DNA of 64,000 bases from Auanema rhodensis (taxonomy: Eukaryota > Animalia > Nematoda): the NCBI GenBank assembly GCA_964057225.1, contig OZ059896.1, positions 5,208,001 to 5,272,000 of the forward strand, in the 5' to 3' direction. This document shows, piece by piece, positions 1 to 11,700 of this stretch (position 1 is its first letter; every line of letters starts with the position of its first letter). The notes beneath the pieces are model-generated. The model was not told where the DNA came from. It searched no databases and saw only the letters and a program-made list of their open reading frames with translations. Both the position numbers and the translations under genes were made by a program.

Positions 1-2682
1 AACAAATTATATAAATAATCAATGAGCTTATGGAAAAAAAGAAAGAAAAACAAGCTAATTTTTCTACAAAGACAAAATAAGAAAAAACTAAACAGGGAAC
101 ATAAATGTGTTCAAGGCTTTCCGAAAAACAGACAAATCATTGATACCAATTAGAATAGGATTGAGTGAATTCCAGATTTTGATTTGCCGGTTCTCAAAGC
201 TTGAAAGGGCAGCTACAGTTTTGTAATCCGGCGGCATCAGTATAAACTCATGTTGACGAAGAATATAGTTATGCTCTTTCGATCTAAGCACGGACTCATT
301 AAGAATAGAGCCATTCTTTATGATTTTGAAATATTGACATAAGTCAGCTATAGTGCGTCTCGTTTCTAAACGCCTGCCTTGAAGGTGTTTGAGTTTATTA
401 TCATATCCGTGGATATCCATGGACGATCGAAAAAAAATAGCATTAACATACCGTTTCTGAACATTTTCAACAAGTTGAATATCTTTTAGCAAAAACGGTG
501 ACCAGACTTCGGAAGCATATTCAAGAATAGGCCTAACGTAACAGGTGAACAATCTGAATAAGAGTTTGGGACAGGAAGAATTAAAACATCTAAGAATAAG
601 CTTACAGCGTTTTGACGCCATGGAAGTGATGGAGTGAATATGGGGGCGGAAAGATAAGTTTTTATCTATGATAACACCGAGGTCTTTGAAATTATCAACA
701 ATTTCAAGAGGAACATCATTGAGTAAAAACTGGCAATGAGAGTTATCATTACCGAGAATCATAATCTTCGATTTCTTGACATTAACTACCATGTCATTGA
801 AATTGCACCAGAGAGAAAGAATGTGGAGAGAGCATTGTAAACTTTGATTTGATGAGGCAAAAAGTTTAATGTCATCAGCATAGGCAACAGCCTCAGTGCC
901 ACGATGAAAAGAGGAAATGAGATCGTTGATATATAGCAAAAAAAGTAGTGGTCCAAGAACTGTACCTTGAGGGACACCACACTCAATAACTTTGGGTTCA
1001 GACAAGGCATCTTCAAGAACAACTTCAAAAGAACGGTTGGAAAGAAAGTCTTCAAGAAAAAGAGCAAGAGATCCTGATATTCCAAAACTGTTTAATTTGC
1101 TGATCAGAATTCGATGATTAATTTTATCAAAAGCTTTGGAAAAATCAATAAAAGCTACAGAAACATCCTTACGATATTCTTTGGCGATTCTCCACTGCGA
1201 GTGAGCTTTGAGAAGCGCAGTGCTAGTGCTACGCCCAGGTAAAAATCCATGTTGAGATGGTGAAATTAGCTTATTATCAAGTAAATGCTTGAGAATGTCT
1301 TTTCTGATAATGCGCTCAAACACTTTGGAGAGACAAGATGTGAGAGAAATGGGTCTATAGTTCTTAGGGTCATTTGAACATCCTGATTTGTAAATAGGTT
1401 TGACCCATGCAGACTTCCAGCTTTTAGGACAGACCCCAAAGGATAAAAAACCATTAAAAAAGAATGTCAAAGGACGTACTATAGAAATCGCACACTTATT
1501 AAGAAAAATATAAGGTATGCCATCAGGAGATAAGCAAGTTCGAGAAGGTAAAGATCTTAAAAGTTTGAAAACGCAGAGTTCATCAATGAAATGCGGGCGA
1601 AATTGGAGCGGAGAAAATTTAGGAGTTTCACTGTGATGCCATATTCCAGAAGAAGAAAGAAAAGAGGTCTGAGAAAAGTGATCCGAAAAAATTTTTGCTT
1701 TGGTGGAGGAGTCCGAAGCTTGAGAGTCACCATTTTTTAAAAAAGATGCTTCAATAGTACCCCCTAAACGTTTACGACAAAATTTGTAAAATTCTTTTTG
1801 GTTACCGGAAAGAGATATTTTATTTTCATCCAGTGCGCGCTGACGTCTGAGTAAAGCATTCAAACGACGAGAAAGAGTACGACATTTAGACGACGATGAA
1901 AGGCCGAAACATTTAGACAACCTGGTGAGATTATCATGTAGAATAGATATTGAACGAGCAAGGCGAACTTTTTTTCCACCAGGTCTGATGATGGGAACAT
2001 GAGTATAAATGATTTCTCTAAGAGAACAGACAAATGATTCATAAGCGGCACAAAGATCTAAGTGAGAAAAGCTTTGAACCAGATTAATGGATGAAATAAA
2101 AGAATTAATTTTATTGTAGTTGGCTTTATGGAAGTTTCTATGGAGAAGCGACTTTGGATGATCAGCAGAAAAAACAGTACAAGAAGATGCCAAAGAAAGT
2201 TTTGGGCGGGAGGGACTGTTTATGCAATCTAATATATCACGAGAGAGAGAAAAAAGTAAAGATTTGTGGTCAGAAGTCCCAAAAGGAGGAACGCATTCGA
2301 TAACTGAGGCCATACTAGGGGTATCCGCAAGCACACAATCTAAAGTATACTTACCGCGTGTCGGAAAAGTAACTAGTTGAGTAAAACAAAAAGAAGTAAT
2401 AAACTCTAAGAAACATTTGGCTTGAAGAGACGATTTAGTTAAAGAGTAATTCTTCCAGTTGATACCGGGAAAATTAAAATCCCCAGCAAGCACGTTTTTT
2501 TCTCTGGTGTTAAGAATAGATGAATAATGATGAAGAAAGGAATTGAAAGAACTATTAGAACAACGAGGAGCCCGATAACATATAGAAAGACTTATGGAAT
2601 GGGAAACGATAGAAAATGTAACCAACTGGAGGAAGTCACCAAAAGAGACTGAACTAAAATTACAGACTGAGATATCTCTTAA
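1..2682 (-). mobile_element. 5'-truncated CR1-like LINE; 3' UTR runs off the left edge of the window
   Basis: ORF2 as above. Positions 1-87 are low-complexity, T-rich on the element strand (probable 3' UTR). No ORF1 or 5' UTR: coding sequence abuts satellite directly. The 3' tail and left target site are outside the window. Confidence 0.88.
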
Positions 2683-2685
2683 CAT
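88..2685 (-). CDS. Non-LTR retrotransposon ORF2 (CR1 clade): C-terminal part of APE endonuclease + reverse transcriptase + C-terminal domain; N-terminally truncated
   Basis: 865-aa stop-free ORF. APE motifs YRAP, GDFN, PTR..TLD, SDH. RT motifs SPDGIP, WKSAWVKPIYKSG, NYRPISLTSCLSKVFERII, QHGF, FIDFSKAFD, GVPQGTVLGPLLFLLYINDL, YADD, KDLGVIID. CR1-type C-terminus YVRPILEYASEVWSP/ENVQKR/WNSL. The N-terminal APE motifs (first Asn, metal-binding Glu 'ETW') are absent. Confidence 0.93.
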   Translation of the reverse strand: MLRDISVCNFSSVSFGDFLQLVTFSIVSHSISLSICYRAPRCSNSSFNSFLHHYSSILNTREKNVLAGDFNFPGINWKNYSLTKSSLQAKCFLEFITSFCFTQLVTFPTRGKYTLDCVLADTPSMASVIECVPPFGTSDHKSLLFSLSRDILDCINSPSRPKLSLASSCTVFSADHPKSLLHRNFHKANYNKINSFISSINLVQSFSHLDLCAAYESFVCSLREIIYTHVPIIRPGGKKVRLARSISILHDNLTRLSKCFGLSSSSKCRTLSRRLNALLRRQRALDENKISLSGNQKEFYKFCRKRLGGTIEASFLKNGDSQASDSSTKAKIFSDHFSQTSFLSSSGIWHHSETPKFSPLQFRPHFIDELCVFKLLRSLPSRTCLSPDGIPYIFLNKCAISIVRPLTFFFNGFLSFGVCPKSWKSAWVKPIYKSGCSNDPKNYRPISLTSCLSKVFERIIRKDILKHLLDNKLISPSQHGFLPGRSTSTALLKAHSQWRIAKEYRKDVSVAFIDFSKAFDKINHRILISKLNSFGISGSLALFLEDFLSNRSFEVVLEDALSEPKVIECGVPQGTVLGPLLFLLYINDLISSFHRGTEAVAYADDIKLFASSNQSLQCSLHILSLWCNFNDMVVNVKKSKIMILGNDNSHCQFLLNDVPLEIVDNFKDLGVIIDKNLSFRPHIHSITSMASKRCKLILRCFNSSCPKLLFRLFTCYVRPILEYASEVWSPFLLKDIQLVENVQKRYVNAIFFRSSMDIHGYDNKLKHLQGRRLETRRTIADLCQYFKIIKNGSILNESVLRSKEHNYILRQHEFILMPPDYKTVAALSSFENRQIKIWNSLNPILIGINDLSVFRKALNTFMFPV

Positions 2686-2727
2686 GGGGAATCTAATCTA
2701 AAAATAAGATAACATGGGGAATCTAAT
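2680..2727 (+). repeat. 18-bp direct duplication (TAACATGGGGAATCTAAT) with 12-bp filler at the LINE/satellite junction
   Basis: Copies at 2680-2697 and 2710-2727, separated by CTAAAAATAAGA. ACATGGGGAATCTAAT is SatA sequence. Confidence 0.9.
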
Positions 2728-5700
2728 TTCGAAAACCGCATCTCTTTATCTTTCACGTGAAGCGAGTTACATACCAAGTGCACATCACGTGTACATTTAA
2801 TTAGCATAAATTAAAGTTCACGTAAATTTCAAAGTCATGGTTACCATGAACCAATATCAATAAAAATTTGTTTTTAGACTAATTTGGACATGGGGAATCT
2901 AATTTTGAAAACCGCATCTCTTTATCTTTCAAGTGAAGCGAGTTACATACCAAGTGCACATCACGTGTACATTTAATTAGCATAAATTAAAGTTCACGTA
3001 AATTTCAAAGTCATGGTTACCATGAACCAATATCAATAAAAATTTGTTTTTAAACTAATATGGACATGGGGAATCTAATTTTGAAAACCGCATCTCTTTA
3101 TCTTTCACGTGAAGCGAGTTACATACCAAGTGCACATCACGTGTACATTTAATTAGCATAAATTAAAGTTCACGTAAATTTCAAAGTCATGGTTACCATG
3201 CACCAATATCAATAAAAATTTGTTTTTAGACTAATTTGGACATGGGGAATCTAATTTTGAAAACCGCATCTCTTTATCTTTCAAGTGAAGCGAGTTACAT
3301 ACCAAGTGCACATCACGTGTACATTTAATTAGCATAAATTAAAGTTCACGTAAATTTCAAAGTCATGGTTACCATGCACCAATATCAATAAAAATTTGTT
3401 TTTAGACTAATATGGACATGGGGAATCTAATTTCGAAAATCGCATCTCTTTATCTTTCACGTGAAGCGAGTTACATACCAAGTGCACATCACGTGTACAT
3501 TTAATTAGCATAAATTAAAGTTCACGTAAATTTCAAAGTCATGGTTACCATGAACCAATATCAATAAAAATTTGTTTTTAGACTAATATGGACATCGGGA
3601 ATCTAATTTTGGAAACCGCATTTCTTTATCTCTCACGTGAAGCGAGTTACATACCAAGTGCACATCACGTGTACATTTAATTAGCATAAATTAAAGTTCA
3701 CGTAAATTTCAAAGTCATGGTTACCATGAACCAATATCAATAAAAATTTGTTTTTAAACTAATATGGACATGGGGAATCTAATTTTGAAAACCGCATCTC
3801 TTTATCTTTCACGTGAAGCGAGTTACATACCAAGTGCACATCACGTGTACACTTAATTAGCATAAATTAAAGTTCACGTAAATTTCAAAGTCATGGTTAC
3901 CATGAACCAATATCAATAAAAATTTGTTTTTAGACTAATATGGACATGGGGAATCTAATTTTGAAAACCGCATCTCTTCATCTTTCACGTGAAGCGAGTT
4001 ACATACCAAGTGCACATCACGTGTACATTTAATTAGCATAAATTAAAGTTCACGTAAATTTCAAAGTCATGGTTACCATTAACAAATATCAATAAAAATT
4101 TGTTTTTAGACTAATATGGACATGGGGAATCTAATTTTGAAAACCGCATCTCTTTATCTTTCACGTGAAGCGAGTTACATACCAAGTGCACATCACGTGT
4201 ACATTTAATTAGCATAAATTAAAGTTCACGTAAATTTCAAAGTCATGGTTACCATGCACCAATATCAATAAAAATTTGTTTTTAGACTAATTTGGACATG
4301 GGGAATCTAATTTTGAAAACCGCATCTCTTTATCTTTCAAGTGAAGCGAGTTACATACCAAGTGCACATCAGGTGTACATTTAATTAGCATAAATTAAAG
4401 TTCACGTAAATTTCAAAGTCATGGTTACCATGAACCAATATCAATAAAAATTTGTTTTTAAACTAATATGGACATGGGGAATCTAATTTTGAAAATCGCA
4501 TCTCTTTATCTTTCACGTGAAGCGAGTTACATACCTAGTGCACATCACGTGTACATTTAATTAGCATAAATTAAAGTTCACGTAAATTTCAAAGTCATGG
4601 TTACCATGAACCAATATCAATAAAAATTTGTTTTTAGACTAATATGGGCATCGGGAATCTAATTTTGGAAACCGCATTTCTTTATCTCTCACGTGAAGCG
4701 AGTTACATACCAAGTGCACATCACGTGTACATTTAATTAGCATAAATTAAAGTTCACGTAAATTTCAAAGTCATGGTTACCATGAACCAATATCAATAAA
4801 AATTTGTTTTTAAACTAATATGGACATGGGGAATCTAATTTTGAAAACCGCATCTCTTTATCTTTCACGTGAAGCGAGTTACATACCAAGTGCACATCAC
4901 GTGTACACTTAATTAGCATAAATTAAAGTTCACGTAAATTTCAAAGTCATGGTTACCATGAACCAATATCAATAAAAATTTGTTTTTAGACTAATATGGA
5001 CATGGGGAATCTAATTTTGAAAACCGCATCTCTTCATCTTTCACGTGAAGCGAGTTACATACCAAGTGCACATCACGTGTACATTTAATTAGCATAAATT
5101 AAAGTTCACGTAAATTTCAAAGTCATGGTTACCATGAACCAATATCAATAAAAATTTGTTTTTAGACTAATATGGACATGGGGAATCTAATTTTGAAAAC
5201 TGCATCTCTTTATCTTTCACGTGAAGCGAGTTACATACCAAGTGCACATCACGTGTACATTTAATTAGCATAAATTAAAGTTCACGTAAAATTCAAAGTC
5301 ATGGTTACGATGAACCAATATCAATAAAAATTTGTTTTTAGACTAATATGGTCATGTGGAATCTAATTTTGAAAACCGCATCTCTTTATCTTTCACGTGA
5401 AGCAAGTTACATACCGAGTGCACATCACGTGTACATTTCATTAGCATAAATTAAAGTTCACGTAAATTTCAAAGTCATGGTTACCATGAACCAATATCAA
5501 TAAAAATTTGTTTTTAGACTAATATGGACATGAGGAATCTAATTTTGAAAACCGCATCTCTTCATCTTTCACGTGAAGCGAGTTACATACCAAGTGCACA
5601 TCACGTGTACATTTAATTAGCATAAATTAAAGTTCACGTAAATTTCAAAGTCATGGTTACCATGAACCAATATCAATAAAAATTTGTTTTTAGACTAATA

Positions 5701-8700
5701 TGGACATGGGGAATCTAATTTTGAAAACCGCATCTCTTTATCTTTCACGTGAAGCGAGTTACATACCAAGTGCACATCACGTGTACATTTAATTAGCATA
5801 AATTAAAGTTCACGTAAATTTCAAAGTCATGGTTACCATGAACCAATATCAATAAAAATTTGTTGTTAGACTAATATGGACATGGGGAATCTAATTTTGA
5901 AAACCGCATCTCTTTATCTTTCACGTGAAGCGAGTTACATACCAAGTGCACATCACGTGTACATTTAATTAGCATAAATTAAAGTTCACGTAAATTTCAA
6001 AGTCATGGTTACCATGAACCAATATCAATAAAAATTTGTTTTTAGACTAATATGGACATGGGGAATCTAATTTTGAAAACCGCATCTCTTTATCTTTCAC
6101 GTGAAGCGAGTTACATACCAAGTGCACATCACGTGTACATTTAATTAGCATAAATTAAAGTTCACGTAAATTTCAAAGTCATGGTTACCATGAACCAATA
6201 TCAATAAAAATTTGTTTTTAGACTAATATGGACATGGGGAATCTAATTTTGAAAACCGCATCTCTTTATCTTTCACGTGAAGCGAGTTACATACCAAGTG
6301 CACATCACGTGTACATTTAATTAGCATAAATTAAAGTTCACGTAAATTTCAAAGTCATGGTTACCATGAACCAATATCAATAAAAATTTGTTTTTAGACT
6401 AATATGGACATGAGGAATCTAATTTTGAAAACCGCATCTCTTCATCTTTCACGTGAAGCGAGTTACATACCAAGTGCACATCACGTGTACATTTAATTAG
6501 CATAAATTAAAGTTCACGTAAATTTCAAAGTCATGGTTACCATGAACCAATATCAATAAAAATTTGTTTTTAGACTAATATGGACATGGGGAATCTAATT
6601 TTGAAAACCGCATCTCTTTATCTTTCACGTGAAGCGAGTTACATACCAAGTGCACATCACGTGTACATTTAATTAGCATAAATTAAAGTTCACGTAAATT
6701 TCAAAGTCATGGTTACCATGAACCAATATCAATAAAAATTTGTTGTTAGACTAATATGGACATGGGGAATCTAATTTTGAAAACCGCATCTCTTTATCTT
6801 TCACGTGAAGCGAGTTACATACCAAGTGCACATCACGTGTACATTTAATTAGCATAAATTAAAGTTCACGTAAATTTCAAAGTCATGGTTAGCATGAACC
6901 AATATCAATAAAAATTTGTTTTTAGACTAATATGGACATGGGGAATCTAATTTTGAAAACCGCATCTCTTTATCTTTCACGTGAAGCGAGTTACATACCA
7001 AGTGCACATCACGTGTACATTTAATTAGCATAAATTAAAGTTCAGGTAAATTTCAAAGTCATGGTTACCATGAACCAATATCAATAAAAATTTGTTTTTA
7101 GACTAATATGGACATGGGGAATCTAATTTTGAAAACCGCTTCTCTTTATCTTTCACGTGAAGCGAGTTACATACCAAGTGCACATCACGTGTACATTTAA
7201 TTAGCATAAATTAAAGTTCACGTAAATTTCAAAGTCATGGTTACCATGAACCAATATCAATAAAAATTTGTTTTTAGACTAATATGGACATGGGGAATCT
7301 AATTTTGAAAACCGCATCTCTTTATCTCTCACGTGAAGCGAGTTACATACCAAGTGCACATCACGTGTACATTTAATTAGCATAAATTAAAGTTCACGTA
7401 AATTTCAAAGTCATGGTTACCATGAACCAATATCAATAAAAATTTGTTTTTAGACTAATATGGACATGGGGAATCTAATTTTGAAAACCGCATCTCTTTA
7501 TCTTACACGTGAAGCGAGTTACATACCAAGTGCACATCACGTGTACATTTAATTAGCATAAATTAAAGTTCACGTAAATTTCAAAGTCATGGTTAGCATG
7601 AACCAATATCAATAAAAATTTGTTTTTAGACTAATATGGACATGGGGAATCTAATTTTGAAAACCGCATCTCTTTATCTTTCACGTGAAGCGAGTTACAT
7701 ACCAAGTGCACATCACGTGTACATTTAATTAGCATAAATTAAAGTTCAGGTAAATTTCAAAGTCATGGTTACCATGAACCAATATCAATAAAAATTTGTT
7801 TTTAGACTAATATGGACATGGGGAATCTAATTTTGAAAACCGCTTCTCTTTATCTTTCACGTGAAGCGAGTTACATACCAAGTGCACATCACGTGTACAT
7901 TTAATTAGCATAAATTAAAGTTCACGTAAATTTCAAAGTCATGGTTACCATGAACCAATATCAATAAAAATTTGTTTTTAGACTAATATGGACATGGGGA
8001 ATCTAATTTTGAAAACCGCATCTCTTTATCTCTCACGTGAAGCGAGTTACATACCAAGTGCACATCACGTGTACATTTAATTAGCATAAATTAAAGTTCA
8101 CGTAAATTTCAAAGTCATGGTTACCATGAACCAATATCAATAAAAATTTGTTTTTAGACTAATATGGACATGGGGAATCTAATTTTGAAAACCGCATCTC
8201 TTTATCTTACACGTGAAGCGAGTTACATACCAAGTGCACATCACGTGTACATTTAATTAGCATAAATTAAAGTTCACGTAAATTTCAAAGTCATGGTTAC
8301 CATGAACCAATATCAATAAAGATTTGTTTTTAGACTAATATGGACATGAGGAATCTAATTTTGAAAACCGCATCTCTTCATCTTTCACGTGAAGCGAGTT
8401 ACATACCAAGTGCACATCACGTGTACATTTAATTAGCATAAATTAAAGTTCACGTAAATTTCAAAGTCATGGTTACCATGAACCAATATCAATAAAAATT
8501 TGTTGTTAGACTAATATGGACATGGGGAATCTAATTTTGAAAACCGCATCTCTTTATCTTTCACGTGAAGCGAGTTACATACCAAGTGCACATCACGTGT
8601 ACATTTAATTAGCATAAATTAAAGTTCACGTAAATTTCAAAGTCATGGTTACCATGAACCAATATCAATAAAAATTTGTTTTTAGACTAATATGGACATG

Positions 8701-11700
8701 GGGAATCTAATTTTGAAAACCGCATCTCTTTATCTTTCACGTGAAGCGAGTTACATACCAAGTGCCCATCACGTGTACATTAAATTAGCATAAATTAAAG
8801 TTCACGTAAATTTCAAAGTCATGGTTACCATGAACCAATATCAATAAAAATTTGTTTTTAGACTAATTTGGACATGGGGAATCTAATTTTGAAAACCGCA
8901 TCTATTTATCTTTCACGTGAAGCGAGTTACATACCAAGTGCACATCACGTGTACATTTAATTAGCATAAATTAAAGTTCACGTAAATTTCAAAGTCATGG
9001 TTACCATGAACCAATATCAATAAAAATTTGTTTTTAGACTAATTTGGACATGGGGAATCTAATTTCGAAAACCGCATCTATTTATCTTTCACGTGAAGCG
9101 AGTTACATACCAAGTGCACATCACGTGTACATTTAATTAGCATAAATTAAAGTTCACGTAAATTTCAAAGTCATGGTTACCATGAACCAATATCAATAAA
9201 AATTTGTTTTTAGACTAATTTGGACATAGGGAATCTAATTTTGAAAACCGCATCTATTTATCTTTCACGTGAAGCGAGTTACATACCAAGTGCACATCAC
9301 GTGTACATTTAATTAGCATAAATTAAAGTTCACGTAAATTTCAAAGTCATGGTTACCATGAACCAATATCAATAAAAATTTGTTTTTAGACTAATATGGA
9401 CATGAGGAATCTAATTTTGAAAACCGCATCTCTTTATCTTTCACGTGAAGCGAGTTACATACCAAGTGCACATCACGTGTACATTTAATTAGCATAAATT
9501 AAAGTTCACGTAAATTTCAAAGTCATGGTTACCATGAACCAATATCAATAAAAATTCGTTTTTAGACTAATATGGACATGGGGAATCTAATTTTGAAAAC
9601 CGCATCTCTTTATCTTTCACGTGAAGCGAGTTACATACCAAGTGCACATCACGTGTACATTTAATTAGCATAAATTAAAGTTCAGGTAAATTTCAAAGTC
9701 ATGGTTACCATGAACCAATATCAATAAAAATTTGTTTTTAGACTAATATGGACATGGGGAATCTAATTTTGAAAACCGCTTCTCTTTATCTTTCACGTGA
9801 AGCGAGTTACATACCAAGTGCACATCACGTGTACATTTAATTAGCATAAATTAAAGTTCACGTAAATTTCAAAGTCATGGTTACCATGAACCAATATCAA
9901 TAAAAATTTGTTTTTAGACTAATATGGACATGGGGAATCTAATTTTGAAAACCGCATCTCTTTATCTTACACGTGAAGCGAGTTACATACCAAGTGCACA
10001 TAACGTGTACATTTAATTAGCATAAATTAAAGTTCACGTAAATTTCAAAGTCATGGTTACCATGAACCAATATCAATAAAAATTTGTTTTTAGACTAATA
10101 TGGACATGAGGAATCTAATTTTGAAAACCGCATCTCTTCATCTTTCACGTGAAGCGAGTTACATACCAAGTGCACATCACGTGTACATTTAATTAGCATA
10201 AATTAAAGTTCACGTAAATTTCAAAGTCATGGTTACCATGAACCAATATCAATAAAAATTTGTTGTTAGACTAATATGGACATGGGGAATCTAATTTTGA
10301 AAACCGCATCTCTTTATCTTTCACGTGAAGCGAGTTACATACCAAGTGCACATCACGTGTACATTTAATTAGCATAAATTAAAGTTCACGTAAATTTCAA
10401 AGTCATGGTTACCATGAACCAATATCAATAAAAATTTGTTTTTAGACTAATATGGACATGGGGAATCTAATTTTGAAAACCGCATCTCTTTATCTTTCAC
10501 GTGAAGCGAGTTACATACCAAGTGCCCATCACGTGTACATTAAATTAGCATAAATTAAAGTTCACGTAAATTTCAAAGTCATGGTTACCATGAACCAATA
10601 TCAATAAAAATTTGTTTTTAGACTAATTTGGACATGGGGAATCTAATTTTGAAAACCGCATCTATTTATCTTTCACGTGAAGCGAGTTACATACCAAGTG
10701 CACATCACGTGTACATTTAATTAGCATAAATTAAAGTTCACGTAAATTTCAAAGTCATGGTTACCATGAACCAATATCAATAAAAATTTGTTTTTAGACT
10801 AATATGGACATGGGGAATCTAATTTTGAAAACCGCATCTCTTCATCTTTCACGTGAAGCGAGTTACATACCAAGTGCACATCACGTGTACATTTAATTAG
10901 CAAAAATTAAAGTTAACGTAAATTTCAAAGTCATGGTTACCATGAACCAATATCAATAAAAATTTGTTTTTTGACTAATATGGACATGGGGAATCTAATT
11001 TCGAAAACCGCATCTATTTATCTTTCACGTGAAGCGAGTTACATACCAAGTGCACATCACGTGTACATTTAATTAGCATAAATTAAAGTTCACGTAAATT
11101 TCAAAGTCATGGTTACCATGAACCAATATCAATAAAAATTTGTTTTTTGACTAATATGGACATGGGGAATCTAATTTCGAAAACCGCATCTATTTATCTT
11201 TCACGTGAAGCGAGTTACATACCAAGTGCACATCACGTGTACATTTAATTAGCATAAATTAAAGTTCACGTAAATTTCAAAGTCATGGTTACCATGAACC
11301 AATATCAATAAAAATTTGTTTTTAGACTAATTTGGACATGGGGAATCTAATTTCGAAAACCGCATCTATTTATCTTTCACGTGAAGCGAGTTACATACCA
11401 AGTGCACATCACGTGTACATTTAATTAGCATAAATTAAAGTTCACGTAAATTTCAAAGTCATGGTTACCATGAACCAATATCAATAAAAATTTGTTTTTA
11501 GACTAATTTGGACATAGGGAATCTAATTTTGAAAACCGCATCTATTTATCTTTCACGTGAAGCGAGTTACATACCAAGTGCACATCACGTGTACATTTAA
11601 TTAGCATAAATTAAAGTTCACGTAAATTTCAAAGTCATGGTTACCATGAACCAATATCAATAAAAATTTGTTTTTAGACTAATATGGACATGGGGAATCT

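Noticed and set aside
786-2051. Small ORFs of 99, 62 and 63 aa
   Set aside because: Alternative-frame by-products nested in the RT ORF, with no recognisable motifs.
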